Below are positions 39,646 to 50,308 of a DNA stretch of 64,000 nucleotides, piece by piece. Source of the stretch: Naegleria gruberi. Its lineage: Eukaryota. Within the stretch, counting starts at the first letter, position 1, and each line of letters starts with the position of its first letter. The position numbers and the translations under genes are program-made. Under the pieces are notes generated by a model. It did no database searches, was not told the DNA's origin, and worked only from the letters and a program-made list of their open reading frames with translations. The DNA lies in NCBI GenBank assembly GCA_000004985.1, contig GG738924.1, one strand, 5' to 3'.

Positions 39646-41014
39646 ATGAATGGAACCACTACCTCACAGAGTACAAGAAATAACAACAGCAACAACAACA
39701 ACAACAATAACAAGAATAAGAACAATGAGGTTAAAGGTAAGGAAAATGAAGCATATTCATCCCATTAATTTATAAATTGATTTTGTTATTTCAAATAATA
39801 CAAATTTGAAAATATATTGTTTTACGTCATCTCTATGAAATTATTGATTGTTATCCTAATAATACAATATAAAGTATGTCGGAGCTATATGAATAAATTG
39901 GGAACAATTGATGCTTGTACAGCAAACATTGGAGGTAGTATTATGATCGATCAAATCAAGAAGAACCACACTGTAAATATGATGTCCATGAAGAAACGTG
40001 TGGATAATGAATTACCTTGGTCTTATAGGAATGTACCAGCTAATTTCAATTTAAATCGTAGAGTGAGTCCTCTGAAGAAACCAAAAACACTCTCACCAAT
40101 TAATACCAAAGACAATAGAATGGCCACTTTATCAAGCACTCAACAACATCGAGGAGCACACACTGAAAGAGGAGGCTCTAAGAGTAAATTAGATCTGTCG
40201 TAAGTTTCATAATGCTTTGATGGTTTGCTCAATATAATTTCCTTAAACATCATTTGCTGATATTACATGATAATACTATTATAATTTCAATTTACATTGT
40301 TATCAACAAATAATTATTTAAATATAATTTAACAGAAAGGACAATAAGATTGACCCTGTTCAAATATTGGAAGAACCAGAAGATCAGGAAATTTACGAAA
40401 AATTCCTCGATTTACTGAGGAGGAGAAAGACCATTGAGGAGGCTAGAAAGATAGCTTCCTCTGTCTTTTTGGAAGCCGAAGAGCAAATGCTCTTAGGAGC
40501 TTACAGTGGAGTACCTCAATATGTTGAAGGATTTATAAGTAAGGATGACGAACATCAAACCCCTAATGAAGATCTTGAAGAAGATAGAACCCTAGAGAAC
40601 CATGCACAAGAATCAGAAGCTAAGGAAGAAGAATTAAATGAAGGCCAGTACGAAACATCATTTGCAACACTGGAAGAACACGAAGAGAGTATCTCCAATC
40701 CATATGAAGACAACTCTAATCCATACGATGAAGATAACACAATTGAGGAAGGTAAACCTGAGGTGACTGGAAAGTATAAGGAAAAGTCTGGAAAGATTTG
40801 GGTTGTCACAGCTTCCACTGCATCAGCATTTGAGTTGTTCAATGAGAAGGATGGAAGAAAGGCTGAAGGTAAATATATTAAGGATTCCTCAGGAAATTAT
40901 TCCATCACTTTTACTTTCCATGATCCTAATGGTGATGCTGTTTTAACCTCTGTGACATCGAACCTTAACACGATTCCTCTCAGTAATGGAGATGCCTTCA
41001 CAAAAGTTGAATAA
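39646..41014 (+). CDS. Lineage-specific protein P2, 3 exons, about 364 aa, downstream of tRNA-Ala copy 3
   Basis: Exons 39646..39736, 39875..40199, 40336..41014. Introns GTAAGG...ATAAAG and GTAAGT...TTAACAG. Same exon phases as P1 (1, 2). The product is MNGTTTSQSTRNNNSN...VCRSYMNKLGTIDACTANIGGSIMIDQIKKNH...KLDLSKDNKIDPVQILEEPEDQEIYEKFLDLLRRRKTIEEARKIASSVF... plus an acidic C-terminal extension. Confidence 0.55.
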
Positions 41015-41450
41015 AGAAGAGGAGCAAATCAATAGAATAAATTGTACATATTCGATAAACAGTCAGCATTATGTTATAATAACATGAAACACTTCAAATA
41101 ATCCTTTTTTGGAGACAGTATGAATCAAGGACCTCTTCCTTAATAATCCTTATTGAACTTCCACATAACAGAACCTGTAAGTATTGATTTGGTCAAACCG
41201 TACACCTAAAGTTAATAACAAACATTAAGAACAACAACCAACACACCCAACAACACTAGTTTACCATCAAATCGCTTCACAATAACCGTCAACTTCATCA
41301 ACAATTTGGTATCTCTATTAGGAGAGAAAACAACCCCAAATCCCTCTAAATTACATTCTTTCATAAACTGTACAGCAACACTTTTTCAATAGGCCCATTC
41401 CAAAGTTTCCATTTCCGTCCACCAGAACAGAACAACACCAACAAAAGAAA

Positions 41451-43649
41451 ATGAGCAAACCCTACTCTTCCTCAAAATCAAAATCTACAACTTCGACGAC
41501 AATATCAAATAATTCATCTTTCTTGATTGGTAATCATCACCCTCATCATCTCTCGAATGCTCCCTCATCATCATCATCAAGTAGAATTAATCTCTCCTTT
41601 CAATATATGAGCATTGAAAATCCATCTTCAAACTCCAATAATGCTTCTTTTCATTCCTTTCAGCATCGAGGAAGTGGTGCAACCTCTCCGACCATGTTGA
41701 ATTCGACCACATTACCTTCCCTCACTTCCCCAATTAATAAACAGATGAGAAGTGCCTCACCAGCCTCCTTTGAGAACCAACGTCCTGAATCTCCAACCTA
41801 TCTTCCTCTTGGAATTGGTGAGTCAGTGTCATCATCCACCTCATCAAACTCATCCTCTGCTAGAAATACAAATAGAACATATAATATTGGTCAGAGAGCT
41901 CCTTCGGTGCCTGCTGATGCCTTTCATAGAGGGTCCCAACGATCCCTTTTTGAATCGAATGCTCCCACTCTTGTAATGACCAGTACTGCCTCATCAATGC
42001 GACCTCCTAAATCACCCATATCAATGGCTAGTAGTAGTAATAATTTAACAGATACAAGTTCTGTATTGAGCTCTGTCAGTAATGCACAATCCAATTATCA
42101 ACCTGTGGCTTTTGATGATGAAACAACTCTCTTTGTGAATATAATGAAGAAGGATTTGGGATATATTCAAAAGAGAATTAATGAATTAAAATATGAAGAG
42201 AAACACAACTCACAGAGGAGTGATGATATTGGTAATTTTTCAAATTGTATATATCAAAATGATCAGTACAGAACTAGGTATTCATTACTGGAGCTTTTTG
42301 TGGATAAACTTGCTGAAATGCAACAAATTCTAATGCAGAAAACGGACAAGCTAATTCCAGTTTCTAAACGCTTTAAAACCAACAGTTACGAGAAGAAGGT
42401 TTCCATTAGACTGCAAAGATTTGCTGAAGTATCGGATAGAATAATGGATGTTGTGGAAAATAACAAACCTTCTTCTCTTTCTTCTTCACCAAAGAAGGAA
42501 AAAGTTCAAACTTCCAATAAGGAAACTCAAACCAAGGATTCAACATCGAAAAAGGTTGCTTCTCATAAGGAAACTCAAGATGCTGAGGTAAATACTGATA
42601 GGGTTGATAAAACTCCATACGAGGCAGAAATTCAAGAATTGAAAAAATTAGTACGATATTTACAACTAGATAAGGAACAAGCAAACAAGACTATTAAGGA
42701 CTTGAGTGAAACTGTTTCTTCGGCTCATTTCGATAGACAAAAGGAATATGATATCATTATTGGCCAACTTAAGAAGGATATTGAAAAATTAAAACAGGAA
42801 AAGATGCAAATTTTGGAAAATCAAGCTGCAACCATAGAAAGTCACCGAAAAGCTGACTTGCAAAAAATTGAATCTCAAATGAAAGAAAAAGCAACAAAAA
42901 TTGAAAACCTTGAATCGAGACTCTACTTTAAAGGAAAGGAGATTGAAGCCATTCAGGATGAATTGGATTCACTGAGGAGTAAATCAGCTCTCCAAAAAGA
43001 AAAAGATGAAGCAGAAGTTTGGAAAAGCAAATATCAAGAATTGGAAAGGTCAAGAAATGATCTGGAGAGGAAATACAGAGATCTCATTGATGAGTGTGAT
43101 TTGGTAAAGGAAACATTGAAAAAGGAAGAACTCAGACACAAAGAAACTGTTGAAACCATGCGAGAAATGCAAGACCATCAGAATAGATTACATTTAGAGG
43201 CATCCAAACAAGACACCAAAAAGCTTCAAAGCAAATTAGAAGCAGCTGAAAAGATTGCCATGCAGAAGGAGTTTCAATATGAGGATTTAGTTAAAAATTA
43301 TCAAATTCAATCGATAGAGTTGGGAATTAGTAATAAGCAGAATGATAATTTAAAGGATCAAGTGAAAAATCTGAATAGGGAAAAGCAAAAACTTTTGGAA
43401 AATGTTGCTCAAGAACAAAATGTGGATGTGAAACATGAAATTGATATTATCAAGCGAGATTATGAAGAAAAATCAAAGACTATCAATGAAAAGATGAAAG
43501 ATTTACAGATGGGTCATGTCATGCAACTGAAAGCTCTTAACGATACCTTTACACAGGAACGAAAAATGTTACAAAGGAAGGCAGATAAATTCAAACAACG
43601 ATGTGACTTGTTAGAGGCAAGATTGGAGGAGATGGAAAAGAACCGATAA
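41451..43649 (+). CDS. Coiled-coil protein (732 aa) with a Ser-rich N-terminal region
   Basis: The N-terminal 200 aa are S/T/N-rich and low-complexity. The C-terminal 450 aa show heptad-like K/E/L periodicity, typical of long coiled coils. No catalytic domain. Confidence 0.5.
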   Translation: MSKPYSSSKSKSTTSTTISNNSSFLIGNHHPHHLSNAPSSSSSSRINLSFQYMSIENPSSNSNNASFHSFQHRGSGATSPTMLNSTTLPSLTSPINKQMRSASPASFENQRPESPTYLPLGIGESVSSSTSSNSSSARNTNRTYNIGQRAPSVPADAFHRGSQRSLFESNAPTLVMTSTASSMRPPKSPISMASSSNNLTDTSSVLSSVSNAQSNYQPVAFDDETTLFVNIMKKDLGYIQKRINELKYEEKHNSQRSDDIGNFSNCIYQNDQYRTRYSLLELFVDKLAEMQQILMQKTDKLIPVSKRFKTNSYEKKVSIRLQRFAEVSDRIMDVVENNKPSSLSSSPKKEKVQTSNKETQTKDSTSKKVASHKETQDAEVNTDRVDKTPYEAEIQELKKLVRYLQLDKEQANKTIKDLSETVSSAHFDRQKEYDIIIGQLKKDIEKLKQEKMQILENQAATIESHRKADLQKIESQMKEKATKIENLESRLYFKGKEIEAIQDELDSLRSKSALQKEKDEAEVWKSKYQELERSRNDLERKYRDLIDECDLVKETLKKEELRHKETVETMREMQDHQNRLHLEASKQDTKKLQSKLEAAEKIAMQKEFQYEDLVKNYQIQSIELGISNKQNDNLKDQVKNLNREKQKLLENVAQEQNVDVKHEIDIIKRDYEEKSKTINEKMKDLQMGHVMQLKALNDTFTQERKMLQRKADKFKQRCDLLEARLEEMEKNR

Positions 43650-43694
43650 TCAATTGTTTTCTCAATTAGCCTTGGGAATGATTCAGAATACTCT

Positions 43695-44534
43695 TTACAC
43701 CTTTGCTCCATAGTACTCACTGCTCAACCTTTCTTGATAAAATTCTTCTGAAAATTCAAGGTAGAAACCATTTGATCTTACAGCTTCTAACTGGACTTGC
43801 TTGTTCATTTTCAAGATAAAAGGAAGATATTTCAAAGCTAGACCATTCTGTTGTACTGCCATCATTGCTAGCTCTTCTGAAATCAAGTTGTCTTCAATAT
43901 TGCAAACCACCAAACCATTGGTAGAGATCGCCTCTCTGATGAAACTTTCGTCATACTGGTGAGGATTGTTCCAAAAAGTTGCATTATTATATTTGATCAG
44001 TTCCAAATACATGTATCTATCTTCCCAACATGAAAATTCTGGAATAAAAAAGTTAATACGTCCACCTTTAGCAGCATACAAAACAATTTCCTTATCCAAT
44101 CTCAAGTTAAGTGAAAGACATTTGTAATTATGTGGATTCGTTTTCATAATGTGGAGTGCTAACTCTCTATCATTTCGTAAATCGCTCGACAAATAATCAA
44201 CAATAAAACATTGTTCATCCATTTTCTGCTCACAAAGTTCAAATATGAAATCTCTCTCGCTCAATATCGTATTTCTGGTGGAATGGAATTGTTCTGGAAG
44301 CTTTTCCAACATGGAAGGTTTTTTCAAGAGTGCAATTTTGAGAATTTCATCATCCATATAGTTAGCATAATGAACAGAATAGGGATTATGTTTAACTGCC
44401 TCTAATATAACCTCCCTGTCACATTTCAATAGATCTGATGCATATCTAAGGCATGATTGACCAGACACTAGTGGTTTATCGCATCTTACAGCCAGTAAAA
44501 CTATTTCTCTATCATTTTTCATTTCTCCACTCAA
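43695..44534 (-). CDS. DUF4116-repeat protein, 3' portion (279 aa)
   Basis: Repeated units of the type NDREIVLLAVR...L.Y.S..LK.DREVILEAVKHN. Its first 72 codons are about 99% identical at the nucleotide level to the last 72 codons before the assembly gap in the 46035..47055 ORF. Confidence 0.5.
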   Translation of the reverse strand: MSGEMKNDREIVLLAVRCDKPLVSGQSCLRYASDLLKCDREVILEAVKHNPYSVHYANYMDDEILKIALLKKPSMLEKLPEQFHSTRNTILSERDFIFELCEQKMDEQCFIVDYLSSDLRNDRELALHIMKTNPHNYKCLSLNLRLDKEIVLYAAKGGRINFFIPEFSCWEDRYMYLELIKYNNATFWNNPHQYDESFIREAISTNGLVVCNIEDNLISEELAMMAVQQNGLALKYLPFILKMNKQVQLEAVRSNGFYLEFSEEFYQERLSSEYYGAKV

Positions 44535-45984
44535 ATATTGAGGTCATTCAAAAATTAAGTGTTTTTCAACACAAGCAATACACAAATTTTTTTAGTGGTA
44601 ATTGGATTCATTTTTGTTTGTGTTGTGTGTTTGTGTTTTGGCCATTAAAATTACACATACAATACATATTTTTATTCATCGATATCCATGAGATCTGCGA
44701 GAATTAATTTAGTCTTCACTGCGTATTGGGTATTCGTTTAAATAAATATTCGTTAAAATTGCACAAACCAACACAATTACTGGTTGACAACTAATGGAAT
44801 GCCTAAAAAGTTTTGCTAATATTTGAAATCGCTTTAGAAATGCATTTGTGATTTCAATTATAACTCTTTCATATTTCTGTTCATAATTTAGGTAAGATCC
44901 ATCACTCATAGGTTCAATCAGTTTTCCAGGAATTGAGTTGACCGAAAATCCACTGTCAACATTAACTTTGAATTTTGGATTCTTTTGTACTGCTTTATGA
45001 AGTCCAGATAATTTTAAAACAGTGTTATCATTCATTGAACCTCTAAAACCAATACTAATATGTGCTATTATTCCTGTTCTGTAAGTGGTAATTTGTGTGA
45101 TTAGGTCATGTCTTTTATCTTTTCGGTAATTTAAATGTTGAAGATAATTTGTTCTTGAATGTTTGAAGTGTGTAAATAAAGATTTATATCCTTTAAAGCA
45201 GGTTCCAAGGTTGATTCACCATATGGTGTCTCAATCCTTGAGCTTTTAATCCATTTGTCTTAATTTATTATTTTATTATTTTGTGGTTTTAAAAACATGT
45301 GTTAGATTAGTATTTAACAAAGGATGAGTTAATAAATTATCATCATGTAATTTGATAGTTTGACTTGTTATGTTAGTAGCAATATTAGTTAAAATATGAG
45401 GCAAATCAATACTTAATGTTGATAAACTAATACCAAACATTAAACTAATCCAAGTATTAGCAACACCACCCTTTAAATACATTAAAGCAGCTAATAATCA
45501 ATCTTCATTACTTAAAAGTCTTCTTTCTTTCTGTTATTAAATGATTTATGCTTTGATTAATTTAAATTGTGATATTGTTACTCCTGTCAAAGATAAGAAC
45601 AATCCTTTATCTTATTGAAGAACGGAAGTATTGATTCTTTGTATTCTATTTGTTGAAAATCAATGTGAATCTATTAAACCTTCTTTTTGTAGTGTAAATA
45701 GGATCAAATATTAAAGGAGGTGGAATATTAATTAAGTTTAAAATATTATATATTAATTCAAGTTCAGAATTACTGCAACTTGTTATTAGTAATTGTTCTT
45801 TTATAATTAGTAATAGTTTGTTTTGTTTTTGAGAAGATGAAGAATAATTTCTTCCGATAATGGTGTACCATTAATTGGAGGAGGATTTAAAATATCTTGT
45901 GTAACATTTAACAAGTCCTCCAGTATTTGTTGTGTCGAAGGTGATGGTAGTTGTGTCATTTTTTTTCCATTTAGATTTTTTAAT

Positions 45985-46034
45985 NNNNNNNNNNNNNNNN
46001 NNNNNNNNNNNNNNNNNNNNNNNNNNNNNNNNNN
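45985..46034. other. Assembly gap (50 N)
   Basis: Run of N in the sequence. ORF 45807..46076 in the track is translated through it and is an artefact. Confidence 0.95.
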
Positions 46035-47055
46035 AGAGCGCAATTTTGAGAATTTCATCATCCATATAGTTAGCATAATGAACAGAATAGGGATTATGTT
46101 TAACTGCCTCTAATATAACCTCCCTGTCACATTTCAATAGATCTGATGCATATCTAAGGCATGATTGACCAGATACTAGTGGTTTATCGCATCTTACAGC
46201 CAGTAAAACTATTTCTCTATCATTTTTCATTTCTCCACTCAAATATTCCAAGCACATACTATTTGATTTCAAAGCGAGGAAAACAATTTCTCTATCCAAT
46301 CTAAACTCGGATGGAGTTTTTGCTATTATATTTCCATTTCGTTTAACAGCTTCTATCACAATATCCCTGTCAGTTGACCATCTTTTTTCTAAATCTCTCA
46401 ATACCAAACCATCAACCCTGACTGCTTTTAAAATCATTTCCCTATCATTCTTCAGATCATTATTTGCAAAATTTAATGAAAACCCATTGTACTTCACACA
46501 TTCTTCTATTATTAATCTATCACTTCTCACTTTCTCAGTTGCCAACTCTAAGAGAAGTAAAACATTCTTTTCTACCAATCCCTCAAATTTAACAATCTCT
46601 AAAAAGTGCTTTTTATCATCAAATACAGCTCTCATTGATGGATAATATGTCATCAATCTATTTAATATATCTTCTTCTAACAAATGTGCATGACTCTTTA
46701 GGAAATTGGCCACAAATTTCGTGTCATTCATTGTATTTTCCAAAGCCAATACTTGCTTTGAATCCACTCTATCGGTCCACAATAAATATTCCAAAGCAAT
46801 ATCAACATCCAACTTTAACATTGGATCAATCATTTCATAAACCATTTGAGGATTATTCTTCATATTTTCAATGATGAATGATTTATCTTTGGCATATTCT
46901 ATGGGAAAATATTCGTATGATTTTTCCATTCGAACAAACCATAACAGTTTGCCAAATTGTTGGCTTTCAAATTTGAATTTTAAATATTGGAAAGTTGGTT
47001 GAGTGGTGATGGGACGATCCGTAAGAATAATTGTAACTGGTTCTAACTCTGACAT
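46035..47055 (-). CDS. DUF4116-repeat protein, 5' portion (ORF runs into the assembly gap)
   Basis: An N-terminal 190-aa unique region, then DUF4116-type repeats (NDREMILKAVRVDGLVL, TDRDIVIEAVKRNGNII, LDREIVFLALKSNSMCLEYLS, NDREIVLLAVR...). The last 215 nt before the gap duplicate 44320-44534. Confidence 0.5.
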
Positions 47056-47256
47056 TTTTTTGTTCTTTCTAATTTAAATGAACCTGGTTCATTAGTCTAA
47101 TGAGACTGCTTCTGATGTTTGGTGAACTTTACAATATTGCGTTTTGATATAAAAACGTCTGGGATTGGGTTCACACTTAAATTTAAGCAATTTGAAAATA
47201 TTAATCATCAACCATTTTCATTATGTTCTAAGCCAGCATTATCTCAAAACCTGGCA

Positions 47257-47742
47257 TTAATACGACCTTGTTCTTCCATTTTCATATTGCTTGAAGAACT
47301 TTCCAATACCGATGTAACAAGACGAAACCAAAACAACTAACAACCCCACAACAAATAGAACAATCCTCAACAAGAAGAACAGATTAGCATGACGTTCACA
47401 CTGTCTCTTTGTCATGGTGTATGCATATTCATCCTTATAAAACGGAGAATTCATTCTCTGCATGAGAATAAACCCAACGATTCCCGAATAAACTAACAAA
47501 CCCAACACAGAACCAATTGCCCAATTCATTCTCAAGCAAATCCTTCTCGAAGGAACAAACAACACATTAAAAACAATTCCAATCATAAAAACCACTCCAA
47601 CAACCAACATTCCCCACAGAACAATATCCATCAATTGATGATTATCAGTATATGTATAAAAACAAGCTTGTTGCGAGGTGGAAATATTATAAGATACAAC
47701 CAGACAACTCATTCCGAAAATTAAATAGAAAATAATCCACAA
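47257..47742 (-). CDS. Four-TM small membrane protein (161 aa)
   Basis: Four hydrophobic helices separated by short loops. No catalytic motifs. Family not assigned. Confidence 0.4.
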   Translation of the reverse strand: MWIIFYLIFGMSCLVVSYNISTSQQACFYTYTDNHQLMDIVLWGMLVVGVVFMIGIVFNVLFVPSRRICLRMNWAIGSVLGLLVYSGIVGFILMQRMNSPFYKDEYAYTMTKRQCERHANLFFLLRIVLFVVGLLVVLVSSCYIGIGKFFKQYENGRTRSY

Positions 47743-48044
47743 TAACCATCATAATTTGAATCTCGCTGTGATGATGATTTTGATGGTGGAAGGATGAGAA
47801 AGATTCGAGTTGAGCATTTTTCTTTGAGAGTTTTTTCAATTAAATTTGGCGCCAAAAATAGTCATCTTGATTTTGGTGGGAGAATTGTCAAACTACTAAG
47901 GTGTGATTCAAAACAAGCAACAGAACGGATCCATTTCCTTGACAATGTTCTCCTATTTTTGTAATTTCAATTCTTCTAACAACTTGTTCAGCTATTTTAC
48001 AGTTCTTTCAAACTCTGGAAGTGGTTGGAAAAATTAATTAAAAA

Positions 48045-49520
48045 ATGAATAGATATGATTTCTTGTCTAGCTTGCCGTTTTTGCAGCCATTTCATGCTTT
48101 TAATCAATTTTATGAAGAATTTTCTCGGAAGGAACCTTACTCTTCAAAATATGATAATGTACGAGTTGTGGAGTTGTCCAAGTTTTTACAGCAACATTAT
48201 GAACAATATGTTGAAGATGCCTTTATGATATTTAGTGGAAATTCGTGTTTGACTGATGATAGAGATGAATTACACTTCTTTTTTAAAACAGGAGGATCGG
48301 AACAAGAACAATTGAATATTCAGGAGAGTAGTGATCCTGGACAATTGAAAACAAAAATTATATTGATTAAAGCCCATTCTTTAAATTCTGCAGAGGCTGC
48401 TGAAAGGTACTTGTTTGGAGAATGTATTTTGAAATATGATGTACCTCCATCAGAAAAGAAGAGAAAGAAACTGGAATCAACCAAACCAACTACCTTCAAA
48501 GCTACAACAGAAATTGAGATTGAGCATGCCAAGGCTTTGGAACTGAGAGGATTTCTCACATATAATACTAGTACGAAACTCTACGAATTGGTTACAATTT
48601 ACTTTGTAATTATGATGATTGACGGTTTCTGTTTTCTGTACGATCACACAGAAATTGAAAAAATTACCAAACCAATCCTCTCCATCAATAAGACTGAGGT
48701 CACTAATTCAGTTCAATCCTCTCCCTCAGCCAAGACTGCTTCGGCTGCAGATGCTGAGCTCTTGCGAGATGTGGAACTATTTTTGAAAAATAAGGACAAG
48801 GAGAAGGGTTTGAATACTTCTGAAAGTGAAATACATAACGAGGATATTAATATACCATATCTTGGATTGACATCATGCTATACCAATATGAGATTGTATC
48901 ATATTTTGGACACATTTGAAGTTTCTAATGCTGGAGACAAAATTTCAACAAAGGAGGAAAAGTTGGAAGGAATTCATTCAGACTTGGTTGGATGTATGAA
49001 TATGATGTTAAAACATTTGAGACCTATCAATATGGGATTTTTAATCAATCTAATATTTGGAAATTATCTCAAAGATTCCATGACAGATGAGGGTGATTCT
49101 AACTCTTTTCAAAGTTGTGTCTATTCAAAGTGGAATAATTTAGAGAATTTCCTGCACTCTACCAAAACTCATCCAATATTGCTCAGTAGTAGCAACTTGA
49201 AAACATCCTCTCTAAAGAATATACCCACCCAAGATTTGGAAATTTGCTACAATAGTCTATCTGATTTGATTGACCAATATCAGAGTGCACTCATGCCAAT
49301 CAGTTCAACAGCCAACGAACAAGCCTTAAAAAAACTCAAACAAAAGGAATCAGATCACAAACTCAAAATTGAAGAAATGTGCAAACAATTCAACAATGAT
49401 TCCTCACTCACCAACTCAGCAATGTTAGTCGATTTGGATGAAGAAATTGCCAACATGAGAGCTACTCAAGAAATGCTCATTCTCTCGAATTGTGTCCTCA
49501 ACAAGAACTTTTCATTGTAA
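48045..49520 (+). CDS. Hypothetical protein (491 aa)
   Basis: Long non-repetitive ORF flanked by AT-rich non-coding sequence. No domain recognised. Confidence 0.4.
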   Translation: MNRYDFLSSLPFLQPFHAFNQFYEEFSRKEPYSSKYDNVRVVELSKFLQQHYEQYVEDAFMIFSGNSCLTDDRDELHFFFKTGGSEQEQLNIQESSDPGQLKTKIILIKAHSLNSAEAAERYLFGECILKYDVPPSEKKRKKLESTKPTTFKATTEIEIEHAKALELRGFLTYNTSTKLYELVTIYFVIMMIDGFCFLYDHTEIEKITKPILSINKTEVTNSVQSSPSAKTASAADAELLRDVELFLKNKDKEKGLNTSESEIHNEDINIPYLGLTSCYTNMRLYHILDTFEVSNAGDKISTKEEKLEGIHSDLVGCMNMMLKHLRPINMGFLINLIFGNYLKDSMTDEGDSNSFQSCVYSKWNNLENFLHSTKTHPILLSSSNLKTSSLKNIPTQDLEICYNSLSDLIDQYQSALMPISSTANEQALKKLKQKESDHKLKIEEMCKQFNNDSSLTNSAMLVDLDEEIANMRATQEMLILSNCVLNKNFSL

Positions 49521-49663
49521 ATAGATATCTAATTCAAAATTAAATTGTATTATATATTTGTACATGTGATTTTGCAAAATTTGATTTTTCTGCCACTTGA
49601 AATCATCTATTAGCTTCTACTACCATCCACAAAAAAGGAATAGAAAATGTAATTTGAAACTGA

Positions 49664-50308
49664 TTAAAGAGAATCAATTAAACCAGCCATATCAGAAAAT
49701 TCGGAATACATCTTTTTAAATTCACTCAAACTCAAATCAATAGTCTTTCTTTGAGAATTGGTCATTAACAATGTAACAGTGACTTTAGCTGTTTGTAAAT
49801 CCTCACAATCACTTGATGATGTAGAAATACTCAACTTCCAATCCAAATGTTTCAGACGAGGTAATTCAAAATCATCCAAAATTTTCTTTTGTTCACTATT
49901 CTCTGTATTTTCACCATTATCCTCATCTCTAAACTTGGTTTCAGCCAACAAAATTTCATACTCTGGACACATGACTTTAATCTTGTTGACTTGAATTTGT
50001 GTTGTTGATCTTAATAATTTCGGAAATTCAGCAAGTGGTACTCTGTATTGTCTTGCTGTACGGAATATATACAATAAAAGATTAATAACATTTTCTATTT
50101 GTTTTTCGGAAAGTGTTTGATTATTAACTGTAGAAATCCATGATTGATAATCATCAACGTAACATCCCAATCCTCTACCAAGAATAAACATGACTGTCTT
50201 GTGCGACATTTCATTGATAATATCTGGATGAACTCTATTCAAATCATCAACAGCACTGTGGAATCCTTCAGGTACACTTTGAAAACATTGGGCTGGATTT
50301 AAAGACAT
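49664..50308 (-). CDS. COMM-domain protein
   Basis: Helical N-terminal domain. The C-terminal region ...LPRLKHLDWKLSISTSSSDCEDLQTAKVTVTLLMTNSQRKTIDLSLSEFKKMYSEFSDMAGLIDSL has the W-x-L, hydrophobic-strand and acidic-helix layout of COMM domains. Confidence 0.55.
   Translation of the reverse strand: MSLNPAQCFQSVPEGFHSAVDDLNRVHPDIINEMSHKTVMFILGRGLGCYVDDYQSWISTVNNQTLSEKQIENVINLLLYIFRTARQYRVPLAEFPKLLRSTTQIQVNKIKVMCPEYEILLAETKFRDEDNGENTENSEQKKILDDFELPRLKHLDWKLSISTSSSDCEDLQTAKVTVTLLMTNSQRKTIDLSLSEFKKMYSEFSDMAGLIDSL

Noticed and set aside
45807-46076. ORF translated through the N run
   Set aside because: Artefact of the assembly gap.
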